Source of the DNA: Lama guanicoe
Taxonomy: Eukaryota
Assembly (NCBI GenBank): GCA_013239625.1
Contig: MU054323.1
Location: 4,949,220 to 5,013,219, forward strand
Length of the DNA stretch: 64,000 nucleotides
Direction: 5' to 3'
Shown: positions 12,750 to 25,590 of the stretch, one piece after another
Numbering within the stretch: the stretch's first letter is position 1
Layout of the letters: the number at the start of each line of letters is the position of its first letter
The notes under the pieces: generated by a model
Told to the model about the DNA's origin: nothing
The model's database searches: none
What the model saw: only the letters and a program-made list of their open reading frames with translations
Translations under genes and position numbers: made by a program

Positions 12750-13360
12750 GGACGCATTGGGAATGGGGTCGGGGTGGGCTCTAAAAACCCTTAGACGTCC
12801 AATACGGCTCCCCCTAGTGGGCAGAGCTGGCTCCTAAAACCCTGACTATCCTCTTTCCCAGCAGCGATCAAGTGGCGTGTCAGCATCTCCAGGCCAATTA
12901 TTTGTCTGCAGATAGGATCCGCCCACACTCTTGCCACTTGGCAAGCTGTGCAAACATGTGTGGGCTTGAGGCGGCTCCGTTTGGAGACGGCCCTTCATCT
13001 GCTCCCCTCCTCCTGGGTGGATGTGAGGCCAAGGTCTGAACTGGCCAATCAACACGACAAGGAGGCCTGTCGGGGAGATGCGGCGTCCCCCAAGCCCATC
13101 TTCCTGCAGACGTGACCCAGAAACACAGTTCTTCCCTTCATTAGAGACGTGGCTGTGTGCCAGCCCCCGGAACAAAGCGCTCAATCTCTTGAAATCTCTT
13201 GATTTCAGCAGATGTTCCCCGAGAGCGACTGCCCGGGCATTTCTGTAGCCGCGAAGGTGTTAAAGCTTCAAGGCCTGCAGAATATGTCTGTGCTGACAGA
13301 TTGGGGAAAACATGCTAAAGCGCTTATGGTGATGAGCATGTAAAAATAGGGCGCAGATGT
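12750..13360. promoter_or_regulatory. Candidate promoter/enhancer: CpG-enriched, with CTCF motif, CCAAT boxes and GC boxes
   Basis: Non-repetitive, with roughly two dozen CpGs in 600 bp. CTCF-like CCACTAGGGGGAGC on the minus strand at 12807-12820. CCAAT near 12799, 12894 and 13045. ggggtgggc and ccgccc boxes. Motif evidence only. Confidence 0.45.
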
Positions 13361-14399
13361 CTAATTTAAAAGACAAGAAAATTTCCTGGCATTTACATCT
13401 TATTAGTCATTACTATGTTTTTCTTCTATTTTATTCACACATTTAACTTTGGGTGTTCCTCGGATTTGCTTTGCCAACTGCAAGATACCATCCCATAAAC
13501 CAAAAAGGGAAAAAAAGGAAGGTAGTACACATTCCAAAAGATCATTAAGAGTAATGGAAGTTTTCAGTGATCTCTGCTTAGAACCTCACGTGTGCTTCAG
13601 TGGGACCGTTCAAACTCATGTGTCCACACAGTGGGCCATCTTGACCTGATTCTGTGACAAGGAAGGACTGCTTGCTGGCAAAATGTGTCCCCGAGGAGGA
13701 CAAAGGCATTTTAAAAATCACCTCCAGAGGGCTTAAGAAAGCCTCCCTTTGTTTTCATGGTTAGGCTTTATATTCAGGTATTTGATGACTTTAATAGTTT
13801 TACCCAATTCCCAAGCATGGCGTGTTGAACCGAATCTGAGTGGAATCCAAAATGAGCAGTAGTTCTGCAGTTACATAAACCCTGCTTCTATCCACTGGCT
13901 TTTTATAAGGCTTTCGATTTAGAAAAAGATGCTGGTTCACAGACTAAATGGAGGGGAAAGATTTTTAACTCAATGGACAGGAGAGCTTTGGAATTTTTCA
14001 AAATTCGAGACAGCTGGCTGTGGGCACATGCAAAAAGAGAAAACAAAAGCAGAGAAACTGAAATTTGATGAATGATTTTCCTTTCCCAACACACCTTAGG
14101 GCTTAGTTTCCCAGTAGTACAAAGAGGAGGGATCCTGCTCCACGTTGATGGATAGCTCAGAGCAGAAGAGAGGAAAAAAGGCTGCACGTCACCAGCATCA
14201 TCAAAGCATGTGCTAATTAAATGCATAACACTGCTCGCCGCTGAGTCTAGCTGCCCTTGTTCTCAGCGGCTCATAATGCAAAGACACACACACAACACTC
14301 ACACACGCATACACAGAACGGACATTACATCAAAGCACCAAATTTAACAATTGATAGCTTAATGGCTAAGAGATCCTACAAAGACTTACATACCTCAAT

Positions 14400-14585
14400 C
14401 TCAGTGACATTCTATGTTGTCTGCCTGGCATTGGAGAAATCAAGAAAGTTCTTTAAGCCTCAGTTACCTTACAAGTAAAGCAGGGATCGTGTTACCAGCT
14501 CACCCAGATGCTAGAGCATACTCCAAATGCTTGTCACTATCTTGCGCATTCTAAACACTCAATGAATAGGGCCTTTTATTATTAT
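14400..14585 (+). mobile_element. MIR SINE
   Basis: 'ctttaagcctcagttaccttacaagtaaagcagggat...taaacactcaatgaata...ttattatt'. Confidence 0.6.
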
Positions 14586-17500
14586 TTGTTGATCTCTTTT
14601 TTGATGCAGTATCTTTGGAGACAAGTTCAAAGACAATCAAATTATAAAGCAGATCTTTGCGTTTTTGCAGGCTTATTTATGACAGAATTTCATATATAAT
14701 TGCAGATGCCTGTGTTCCCTTTGCGCCAGTGCTCAACATTTTCAGAAGCTGACAATAGACTGAAACATGCCAGACTCAGGACAAAGCAAATATGACTTTT
14801 GCTGTACTTTGAGTGGGTCGTTCTGAGTCAGGGTTCCTTTCGAGGTTGTGTGTGTTGCATGAGCCTCCTATCCGTGCATGTGGAAGCGAGTTTCCTGTGC
14901 AGGAGTCCGGGGGCCTATCTCAAATGTTTTCCCTTTCGCTGATCTTAGGAAGATGAGGTTCAGAAATGCTCTCCTTACAACAGAAAGTCTTCATATGTGG
15001 AATTCTAATGAACCCTTCAGCTAATTCTTTCCTCTGATAACAGCTGCCTAGGCATATATTCCCTCAAAATTCACAGAGGGTCCCTTCTTTCATTAATCCA
15101 CATCATCGAAACATTTGTAATCAGTTAAGAGAACGTACATGAAGAACACAGCCCAATTCCTGATGCATAGGAAGCACTTAATAAATGGTAACTATTACTT
15201 TCATCATCACCATTATTATTAGTCCCTTTATGGAAAATCTATTTCTAGCACACTTTTAAAGAAATCATTAAAATTAAAATCATTAATGCAATCACCATTT
15301 GTAGTACCTAATTTTATTATAATTATCTTTATCTTAATAATCCAAATACGACTAATAACTCACAGCTATTTCAATTATCATTAATTACTTCTAACTGCAT
15401 GGCCATCTATAACATTCTGGCAGGGCCAGCCCTCAGCCACACAACGAAGTAGACAAATTTGTGTTTGCTTCTTTTCCTCTGTTCTTTTGGTATTTCCTTT
15501 CTCCTGTGAAGACCTATTTTTGGAGAGGATCTGGATAAATTAATTATCCACCAAGGGAACTGACAGATACACACGTAAGGCATGATCCTCGGCCCCTCTC
15601 TCAGTGCTTCCTCTGTGTCACACTCTCACTAGCCCTGGCTCTCTCTGGCAATCAGCCAACCCCTGGTGGGTAACACGAGAGCAGTTTTACAACCGCGGAC
15701 ATGAATGCCCCAAGAGTCATTGCTCTTCAGTAGAATCCTCTGATAGGTCAACATTTTAAATTCAACAGAGCTGATTTCAAATGGTGGACCAAATGCCATG
15801 AGTCATACCTGAAGACATTATTTCGAGGCGCGGGTAGGACTTTGTAGATTGAGATTCAAGGTCAGAGACCTTTACTTTACTGGGAAACCCTGTAAGAGGC
15901 CACAATACTAAATGGTGCTGATTCACCTACAAAAGGGATAATGAACGCCAGGTAGCCTTGTGAACGGCGGTGGGACTAGCCTGTGAGCAGGGGTGGCCTG
16001 TTGTGGAAGAGCCTCATCACTGTCACTGACACCTTGAGAAAATGCGTTCTGTGAACTGGAGAGGAAAATTGGCCTGGCCGTGCCCAGGGGAAGGATTTCA
16101 ATTACAAAAGCCGATGGCGAGTGTTAATTATCCTTCAGGGGTCAGGGAGCTTTTTTTCTGTAAAATGCTCACATGCTTTTCATCATTTCCTTTTGTTTGT
16201 TTGTTTTGTTACAATCCTTTAAAAATCGAAAACACATTCTTTATTCAAAGGCCACAGTTTATCAACTCATGCAAAGTGACCAGGAGAGCCATGGGGAGGA
16301 GGAGTGGCATGGGCTGTATTTCGAAAGGCCTCTGGAAAAAAAAAGGCAGATGTGTGGGCTCATTCACCACCCCATCTCCAAACCCCATAGAGGTACAGTT
16401 ATTCAGTGAGTGGTATTATGGGTAACATCAGTGTAGACAGGTCCTAATGTTCTAAGAAAAAACAATGTAAAATTCCAGCCATCCTCGGAGGCCTAAGGTA
16501 GCTAGCTACTCCACTGAGCAGGAAGGGAGCAACTCTCTCTCTGATTGAGCCCATTCTTTTTCACTATCCAGCCCGAAAAGATTACATGGGCAAAATGACC
16601 TCTCTCAGGATGGTTAGCAGAAAACAGTCAGCAATATGGAAACTAACAACCTGGAGGAGCCGTCAGAAAGGCGATGTGCCGCTGGAGTTATGAACTCATT
16701 AATTAAATATCAGTGTATCAAATGGGCTATGAGCTATTAATTCGAAAGCTATTACTGGCTTTGAAGTTGAAATTATAAGCAAAGCAATTAAAAAGTAACT
16801 TCTCAATGAGAGTGCTAAGGGAGCATCATATCTGTTTATATACATCAGCTCTTTAATTTGGGAATTGAATTGCTCCCTTAAAAATAATGATTATATAAAC
16901 GATCAAGCCACCTATTTTATTGCAAAGCCTGGATGCTATAGTTAGAAGGAAAATCTTCAATCTTCCCTCTGCTGCAGAAATACCATGCATTGGCAAGTAT
17001 TCTTTCTTTCCCCCTACACTAGTAAATAGGGATCACTGGGGAAAATACAAATCAGGAAGAGAGATATTGATACTTGCTTTTGTTTTTTTTTTTTTCTCCT
17101 AGACACCATGCCTTCAAGGGAGTCAACTGTGACCAGGTGATGGTAGACAGCTGTGCAGGTCAGATGTGGCTCATTGAAGGTACAGCCTGACTCGTGAGTC
17201 CAGAATGGTGTTTTTCTCAATGTACATAATATTTTAAATCATAGCTTAATAGTCAACTTACAGGCTCACTTCCTTTTGAAGTATAATGGAATTCCCTTTC
17301 TTGTCTGCTTACGTTCTTTCTATCTTTTGTAACTTGTCATCTCTATTTACTTGCATAAACCTCTTTCCTTTCCATATAAACCTCTTTCCTTTCCCTTTAT
17401 GCCTTTCCATTTTTTTTAATTTGTTACTCTCTCTTTCTTGGTTTTAAACACGCATGTACAAGCAAAGCAGCTCCTGGAATCCTGTGGAAGTCAGGTATCA

Positions 17501-17941
17501 CTCCGAATGGCATCCATACTAGAGGAACATTAATTAGGAACAAATACACAAAACCTCCCCGAAAAGAAGTTGTTTCTTTGGGCATTCTGGTTGTTTAGAC
17601 CAAGGCATCCTTTTCCTCCTGCCATGTATGCACCAGCTACTGCTGGTAGGGGTTTGATTAATGGGCTAAAACTTATTCTGAAGAAAAATGAATGGTTTTA
17701 GTGGACTGGAAGCAGAAATGCCTATAGTTTATAACCAGTGGTGAACCACTCTGAAAGAGCAGCTGGAGACTTTATATCTATTTAGTTGTGGCTTATAGGA
17801 ACTTCTATTATTTTTTTTTCTCAGTGAATGCTAAAAGGTTCAATTTTTCCTCCAAAGTGCAACCTTTCTTTCCTGCAACAAAACAAAAATAATGGTCGGA
17901 AGTCCAAAGTTGGCATTGGAAGGAAGTCATCTCAACCTGAA

Positions 17942-18465
17942 ATGCATTCATTCAACAGCTATTTCTTGAGTTTCTTCTTCTTCTTCTCCTTCTCCTTCCT
18001 CTTCCTCTTCCTCTCCCTCTCTCTCTCCCCCTCATCCTTCCTCTTCCTCTCCCTGTCCTTCCTCTTCCTCTCCTCCTCCTCCTCCTCCTCCTTCTTCTTC
18101 TTCTTCTCCTTCTCCTTCTCCTTCCTCTTCCTCTCCCTCTCCCCCTCCTCCTCCTCCTTCCTCTTCCTCTTCCTCTCCCTCTCCTTCCTCTTCCTCTCCT
18201 CCTCCTCCTCCTCCTCCTCCTTCCTCTTCCTCTCCCTCTCCCTCTCCTTCCTCTTCCTCTCCCTCTCCCCCTCCTCCTCCTCCTCCTCCTTCCTCTCCCT
18301 CTCCCTCTCCCTCTCCTTCCTCTTCCTCTCCTCCTCCTCCCCCTCCTCCTTCTTCTTCTCCTTCTTCTTCTCCTTCTTTTTTTTTTTTTCTTTTGGTCAG
18401 GCACTCTTCTAAGGCCTCGAAGGACCACACTGAACCAAACAGACAAATACCCCAACTCCATGGTG
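17942..18465 (-). mobile_element. L2 3' end split by a microsatellite expansion
   Basis: Left flank 'cattcattcaacagctatttcttgag' and right flank 'caggcactcttctaagg...tgaaccaaacagacaaatacccc...catgg' are contiguous parts of the L2 terminus. Confidence 0.7.
17971..18394. repeat. Complex polypyrimidine/polypurine simple repeat (TTC/TCC/CTCC mosaic), 424 bp
   Basis: Only two purines on the + strand (a18034, g18055). The unit tccttcctcttcctctcc recurs. Confidence 0.97.
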
Positions 18466-20879
18466 GTGCCTGAGCTCTAGCATTAATAATATTTTAATTA
18501 ACTGGCAGTGTTATCATGTAACAGCAGCACTCTCAGTCCACAGTGAGCTAGAAAATCTTTCTCTCCATCACTTAGAACACCGTAAGCCGTCTACCAGTTA
18601 ATCTTGGGCATCAAGGAAATGGAACGGAATAAGGAGGGGTTTAGGGCTAATGTTACCGGCAGATCTGTTCTGGGAAGCAGTGTATTGTACCACTTGCTTT
18701 GGTACCAAGCAACAGAGCCTCCAATCCAGGTCTTTCCATTTAACAGATATAGGTTATTAACAATGTAGCCCTTTCTGGGATTCACTTCCACCATTTGTTT
18801 ATTGGAGACTCTACTCAAAAGGCTTTGTAAGGATATAATAGGATAATGTATGTAAAACACTTAACACAGTGTTTTCTCCTCAGCAGGCAAGTGTGAGCAT
18901 CCCCAGGAGGCTTTAGTTTGTTTTGACAGCCAGAAGCCTGCTAAAGAAATGCTGGCAGACTCTCTTTCATCCAGGTGCAACCAGAACTGGGGATGAGGAT
19001 ACTGAGTGTGAGAGAGCCTGTCTGATGTCTTCCCCTGGGCTGCTGAAGACACAGGGGTAGTTAGAGTCTCCTGGGCCAGGCAGAAATTTTCTGAGTTTTA
19101 TGAGAGTGTTGGGTTCTGCAATAATATCTTTCATTTTTCTCCACAGCTCTTCTGGAAATAATTTATACTGTTTACTGAAAACAGAGCCAAGACCATCAGA
19201 TTAGCAAAATCCAGGATTCATACTTATCCTGTTCTTAATGAATGATGGAACAGAGGATACAGTCACAATTATCCTATCATAACAGATTTGCCTCATTTCT
19301 GCCACGTGCTAGATTTTTGATCTTTGAAACAAAAGGAGAAAATCAGTAGCTGCATTCTTCATAAGTTTTCCTGGTGCATCAATATTCTCTTCCAAATGTA
19401 CTCCTGATTCTTTTAATTAGGGGCAAACAAATCACAATCACAAAGGCATTAATGCTCATAAAGCTTAAAATCTCTTAAATCTCTGAAGAAATACTTGGTG
19501 TAATTAAAAAATGAAAATCTATCATTTAAAAAATAGTTTGACATGGCATATTTGTATTTTGCATTATAATAGTTAAGACTGATATTTACTTGTGGTTTAC
19601 CAGCTGAAAAGACAAAAGAGAAGGCATATCGCTAGTCTCGTTCCAAATCCATTATTTTGCAGCTAGAAATGATTATGAGAAAAAGTATATGGGCGGGGGG
19701 GGCATTAGTGCATCTATGGGCGGGGAAGGGAGGGAGAAAAATTCACGCAAGATAAAAATGTTCATCTCCTTGTCTGTAAAAGGAATAATTCTAATTCTAA
19801 TAGTTTATCTCTTTCCCTCAAAAACTGCATTGTTCAAAGAATCTTACAAGTCTAAGATGTAATTCAATCATGACAGCAAGTAGAGGTCATCTCCTCTAGG
19901 TCTAACATAATTAATGAAGGCAAATGGGCAGTCCAGAAGGGATTTAAGGAAATTAATTTAATAAGTCTTTGTGAGGATAGTTTACATGGTTGGCTCTGTG
20001 CTAAGTGCTGTGGGAAATGTGGAGCTTCAGAAGACAAGGTCACTTGCTTAAATAAGACACAGATCCAGGGCAAACACAAAGAAAGATGACAGGTTCATTA
20101 GAATACTAACCAACTTTAAAAATCATTATTAAAACTTTATCCGATGGAGCCAAGATAGGATAACTATAATCTATGGATTTCATTCGCTTTCTTTCTGTGT
20201 CATATTTACCAAACACTTAATGTTTTCATTTGATTTGTCTTATTGCTTTAGCCTATCATTATGTTTTTGAATACTGTGTCTAATATACAACATCAGGTCA
20301 TCTGATGCTGGCATTATCAACTTGTGGTCAATCTGGTTTCCCACACTACTCCCCACCACCTACTGTGCATGTATCCATATGAAGGAGTAGGAATAGTTTT
20401 GATACCACATGCTAGATGTCAAAGAAAAGTTAGAAGGGGTGAGTGAATGTTAGAGAAGCCACTGGAACAGCTCGCCAAATCTAGAAGCCCAGGAAATCCC
20501 AGGTCAGTCCCCGGGAGGATGCTCTCAGTCACTTACAGTAGGAAGCAGGGGATTTGGAAGAGCTTATCCAGGGAGGCGGTGGTTGTTGATCTCAGCTGGC
20601 TGCAGGAATGGAGTGGTCTGAGGAAGCTCACCAGGAAGGGAACCTGGATGCCATTTGTTTACAACTCTGCCCGCACTGGCCACCAAAGAAAAGTGCCTTC
20701 CCTTCACTCCTCACGGAAACCTCAGACTCCTGCTTTTCTTTGGCAGGATTTAGTTTAAAGGTTTATTGGAAAAAGATCTGGAGGAATGTATGTAGTCCCA
20801 GCTTCTCCACTGTGATGCAACGGACAATATGGAAGAGGGTGGATATGAGGCTGAGTTGATGACAATCTGGCACAACATC

Positions 20880-21060
20880 AGACATATATTATCCCATTGG
20901 ACACTTGCAACAACTTAATAAACAGGCATTATTAAGCTCATTTTTATAGATGAGGAAAGTGGCAGATAAAATGTTATGTAACTTGTCCAAGGTCACACAC
21001 CTAGTAGAGTCATGATTTAATCCCATATTACTGGTTAATAAAAAGCCCTTGATCCTATCC
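20880..21060 (-). mobile_element. MIR SINE
   Basis: 'catttttatagatgaggaaagtggcaga...gtaacttgtccaaggtcacacacctagtag'. Confidence 0.75.
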
Positions 21061-21210
21061 ATTACCCATGCTATTTCTCAACATCAAGTGAACAACATAT
21101 ATTAAACTGCCCATTCTACCATCTAGTTTACCTAACACATTTCATTGATTGGCTAGGTTAGTTAACTTATTAAGATAATGAATTAAGATAGACCAATATA
21201 ACTTACTCTT

Positions 21211-21359
21211 TTTTTAATTTTATCTTTTTAATTTATGAGGGGAAGTTTATTTGTTTGTTTGTTTGTTTGTTTATTTAATGGAGGTACTTACTGGGAATTG
21301 AACCCAGGACCTCATGCATGCTAGGCATGCATGCTACCACCAAGCTATACCCTCCCCAC
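21211..21359 (-). mobile_element. tRNA-derived camelid SINE (Vic-1-like)
   Basis: The reverse complement reads ggggagggtatagcttggtggtag...gcatgaggtcctgggttcaattcccagt (Pol III A and B boxes) followed by an A-rich tail. 12-bp TSD taacttactctt at 21199-21210 and 21360-21371. Confidence 0.88.
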
Positions 21360-22656
21360 TAACTTACTCTTAATAAAATCGTGTACCAGGTTCCTTTTTG
21401 ATCACTTATATATTTTCTTTTTAATATCCCGTTCTATATCCTAGCTCAGCATCCATGCCATGGTCATTTAACTTTCAGAATCTGTTTTTTTTCTTTCTTA
21501 TTTTTAAAGTAGGAACTGAGACTTCTAGTTAAACATGGAGACTTGCTTACTTTTGGTGACCCTCAAATCCTCAGTGAAAAAGCAAAAGGAAAATCAGGGA
21601 GTAACAAAAAAATGTAGAAGGTGGAGACAGATGAGTAAAGAGTAACTTATTTATAGATGTAGAGAATGACTACGTAAGCTAGCAGTGAGAAAATCAAGTG
21701 AAAGTCAATATATGCCAGAACACCCTAGAAAAAAACTACATACTAGAGTTTCAGCACTTTCTAAAAGCAAGGTCCACGTGAGGCTTAAGGGAACTAGATG
21801 AAAGTCTGTACGAGAAGAATTTAGACACTCCTAGAAACTCTTTTGCATCACCAACCACATAAAAATGGGCAGCTGCCCCTACTCTTTTCTGCCCTATGAC
21901 TCTGGATTTGGAACACCCAGAGCAGGGGCACAATATTGAAAAGGAGATTAATAAAAACTTGTACATACTGAGTTTACAACCTCAAGCTTCTTTACCTGGC
22001 TTGCTTCCCCTTAAACCCTACAAGCCAGATTTACACTGTCAAGCAAACAGGATGTCTAGATTCTGACAAAATTAAGTAACTAACTTAACTACATAAATAC
22101 AGTTATAGGTAGTAATGGTGTGGGAACTCCAATGAAACATCACTCTACAGAGAAGCCCACTAATATGAAAAAAATAAAAAATACTCATGTGCATAGAGCT
22201 TTTTAGGGTTTAACTGCTAAATATGAAAGGAAAAGGAAGAATCAACAGAAGGGGAAAAAAGAAACTTCCAGAGGAAAGAGAAATAATGCAGAGGGAGAAA
22301 TTAAAACAAAAATAAATAAATAAAAATAAATGAAAACAAAACAAAGCCATCTTTAAATGCGTGTATCTTTCCAGCAACAAAATGAGGCATTCCATGCATG
22401 AACAAGAACAGAATGCCATGAAAAGAAATGTCTGGAGAGCCACAAAGAGCTCTAGAAGATTAAATTTACTGGAAAAGATGCAAGTTAACTTTAGGAAATC
22501 TCCTGGAAAGAAAACAGAAATAGACAAAGATGGAAAATAGGAAAGACAAAACAAAAAGTAAAAACATAATTAAAGGGCTAGCCCATCTTGCTCAACAACC
22601 AAATAAAACAAATTCCTCAAAAAAGAAAAATAAATTAAAGGTGAGAAAGAGAAAAG

Positions 22657-23554
22657 CTGCCGAGAAGAGGCCTGCTACTCTCAGCTGGGCGTTGGTACAG
22701 CCGGGAGGTGACCCAGCACAGTGGCTGGCCAGCTAGGCCCTGTGACTCTCCTGTCAAACATGAATACTGTCAGCCTCTGCACCAGAAGGTTTTGCAACCA
22801 TGGATTCAACCACCTACAGAGCAAAAATATTCGAAAGAAAAAAAAATTCCACAAAGCACCAAAAAGCAAAACTTGAATTTGCATCACACCAGCAACTACT
22901 CACCCAGCATTCACACTGTGTTAGGTATTATATAAATAACCTAGAGATGATTTACAAAATAGAGGAGGTTGAGATTAGGTTATATGCACACACTGTGCTC
23001 TTATATATAAGGGACTTAACACATCCTTAAATGTTTATATCCACCGTGGGTCATGGAACCGATTCCCCACAGATACCAAGGGGTGACTGTAATCTTACAA
23101 AAAATTAACGTCAGAGAAAGACACTCTCTGGTCACAACACAGCAAGACAAAAACAAGACTACTCCATAAACATGTAGAGTACAGACAGAAATGAAAACAG
23201 TTGTCTAAATCAGACAAATATCTAAACAGCCTCCTTTCTAAACTAATATAATTGCTGCTTCTTTACTATTTCTGCTTGAGCGTGACTTCATTTCGCCTAC
23301 CTTCCAGATGAGAATGACTAAGATACTCCCTCACCTCCCAACAGCATCTAATCTAGAGTAAAGTCTACTTTCTTTAACCTTTCCCAAATTCACCACAAGA
23401 CCAAACCCTGTAATTAGTCCTTTCTTTACCCTATTTTTGAGATGCCTCATGGTTCATCATAGTATGCACTGCCCATCATTGAAGCAAGTTAATAAAAACA
23501 ACTTTTTTCAGCTATGAACATGTGCTGGTTTTCTTTGGTTAGAGGGTATTGACC
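22657..23554 (+). mobile_element. Probable old ERV LTR (family not assigned) carrying a MER2-type insertion
   Basis: Non-L1 block splitting the ORF1 region, with AATAAA near 23491 and a U5-like end 'ggtattgacc'. The left boundary is uncertain (22657 or 22752). Confidence 0.45.
22767..23089. mobile_element. MER2/Tigger2-related TcMar-Tigger MITE
   Basis: TA target duplications at 22765-22766 and 23090-23091. Contains 'tggattcaacca', 'aaaagcaaaacttgaatttgc', 'ctagagatgattt' and the terminus 'gataccaaggggtgactg'. Confidence 0.88.
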
Positions 23555-24649
23555 AAAGAAAATTATCCATGAAATAATTTAAGAAATAGTCCCACACCTG
23601 AAAGTTATCTTTGAATTAAAGGAACCACTGAATTTCCTGCAAAATGAAGAGAAACCTGGACCAAAGACATATCAGTATAAAATTCTGAAACACCAACAAT
23701 GAACAGAAGGCCTTGTAAGCTTCTGGAGCGGAAAAAGAATAGATTGCACAAAAAAGATCAGGAGACAGAATGACACCAGTTGTTCAGTAGCAACCCCGGA
23801 AACAATGCCCTCAAATTACTCAATTACAAAAACAGAACACAAATTATAACATGTATGCAGTTTCAGAAAAATTCACCAAATATGTTTCTCAGGAAAAGAC
23901 TGGAATATATTCACTGCAAACCAAAACAAAGCAAAACATGATTAATTAATCAGGACACATGGGCAGGTGGCAAAGAAAATTCAACCCAGCAGAGGCCCAA
24001 GAAAACCCCAGATGATGGTAAAGGGAAAGCTCAGGGCAAGAGTTTGGCAGAAGACCTAGGGGACTAGCAGTCAGACTGAAGTAGAAAGAGGAAGAACTTC
24101 TTTGAGAAAAATACATACATATGCATACATATATTTCATTAAACAACTCTGGATTAAGAAATTTTTTGATGTGTTTAAATATGTCAAGAGGAAATATAGA
24201 TTGTTGCTTGACAGTGTGAGGGTAAGTTAATGGTAAGTTAATGAAAAAGAGCAAATAAAATTAACTCCAGAAAAATTTTAAAAATGAATAAATGAAAATA
24301 TAACTATATTATATATACTACATGACAGCAGCAAATATATTTCATAGGCAAATAATAAAAAGTCTAAAATTAATTTAAACAAAGCCTATGATATATTCAT
24401 ATTTTAGGGATGGGAAGATGAGATGCATGTGTGTAAAGTACGGTAAAACAAAGAAGTATTTTTTTCAATAATAGAAATTTAAATGAATGTCATCTTGAAA
24501 ATAACAATTAAAAAGTAACAATAAAAGCACGTCACAGAATTTTGAAGGAAAAACAATAGCTTTGGAAAACCATGTATATGAATAAATTCCATGAAAATAA
24601 AAATTAAGCTAAAAAGGGGGGAAAAAATGAGCTGATTGGATATCAGCGT

Positions 24650-25590
24650 GACAGAGGCTCAGAGAGCAAAGTGGAAAATTGTGGCAGATGAGACAAGAGA
24701 GACAGAGATCCTGCCAGAAATTCCAGGTTCTGTTAAGAAGTTCAGAAGCCAGGCTGATTGCAGTGGGAAGCCATTGCAAGTTTTAAGCTAGAAGATTTCA
24801 TCTCCACATTTCATTTTATATAGATTCTTGAGCTGCAGTATAAAGTGTGAGAGCACCAAGATGACGAGGAGACAGAAGTCAGAGGACACCTACTCTAGTT
24901 GGTTTGGGATAGAGTGATCAGTGGCTTGAAGAGACTTAGCCATTGTTAAGGTACATTCAGAAGGGAAGTGTCTGGTGACAAGCACTACAAAGGTTCGAGC
25001 ACAGCTCAGATGCTTCCAGTTTGCGTAACCAACTAGATGGTTGTGAACACAGAAAAGAAAATGAGCCTCGGTCCTAAAAAAAAAAAAAAAGATCATGGGG
25101 AGGTCGTGAGTTCAATTTCAAACCTGTAGAATTGCAGTTGAATTTGAATGGAGCTGCCAAGGACGCAGCTCAGAGGAGAAACTTGAGCTGCAAACCTGAA
25201 TTCAAGAGGCAGATCAATATTGCAAATTGGACACAGAAAAATTGACATAATGGACTTGTGAAAAGTTTGCTGCCAAGAGAAAATATAGAAAAAGAAGGAA
25301 GAGGGCCTAGGACAGAGCACTGAGGAATGCAAACATATTTCAAGGCCTGCTAGACAGGAAAGAATTGGCACAGAAGATGGCGGAGAAACCAGAGGACAAC
25401 TGGAGATGCTGCCACCAAGAGAGGCAAGGTGACAACTGCAAAACGTCCTTTGGATTGGTGTTTGTCAATGAGACAGTGCAGATTGCCTAGGAGTGGTAAC
25501 CAGATCCCTGGACTAAGAAGTCAGAAGTCAAATGTTACGAAACACAGACAACTGTGAAGAAGTTAGGCTACTGTGGAGAAAAAGAGAGAA
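24650..25590 (-). mobile_element. L2 fragments
   Basis: 'gggaagccattgcaagttttaagc' and other purine-rich reverse-strand L2 motifs; highly diverged. Confidence 0.55.

Larger units (their letters stand above)
21520..24560 (+). mobile_element. Old L1/HAL1-like element (5' region and ORF1), interrupted by nested insertions
   Basis: A-rich degenerate ORF1. After 23555 the DNA resembles the ORF1 RRM/C-terminal segment (remembered consensus EIIQENFP...RHI.VKF...KILKASREK...IRM). Boundaries approximate. Confidence 0.6.

Noticed and set aside
17356..17395. Short tandem duplications and microsatellites (here, and at about 29395 (CTAG)n, 43545-43590, 47130 (AG)n and 56416-56477)
   Set aside because: Ordinary slippage products with no further structure.
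18032..18430. Glu/Gly-rich ORF resembling RPGR ORF15, plus Arg/Gly-rich and Ser/Phe-rich ORFs in other frames
   Set aside because: All are translations of the same stop-free simple repeat lying inside an L2 tail, with no non-repetitive coding flanks.
21270..21359. tRNA gene
   Set aside because: The tRNA-like head has an A-rich tail and TSD, so it is a SINE.
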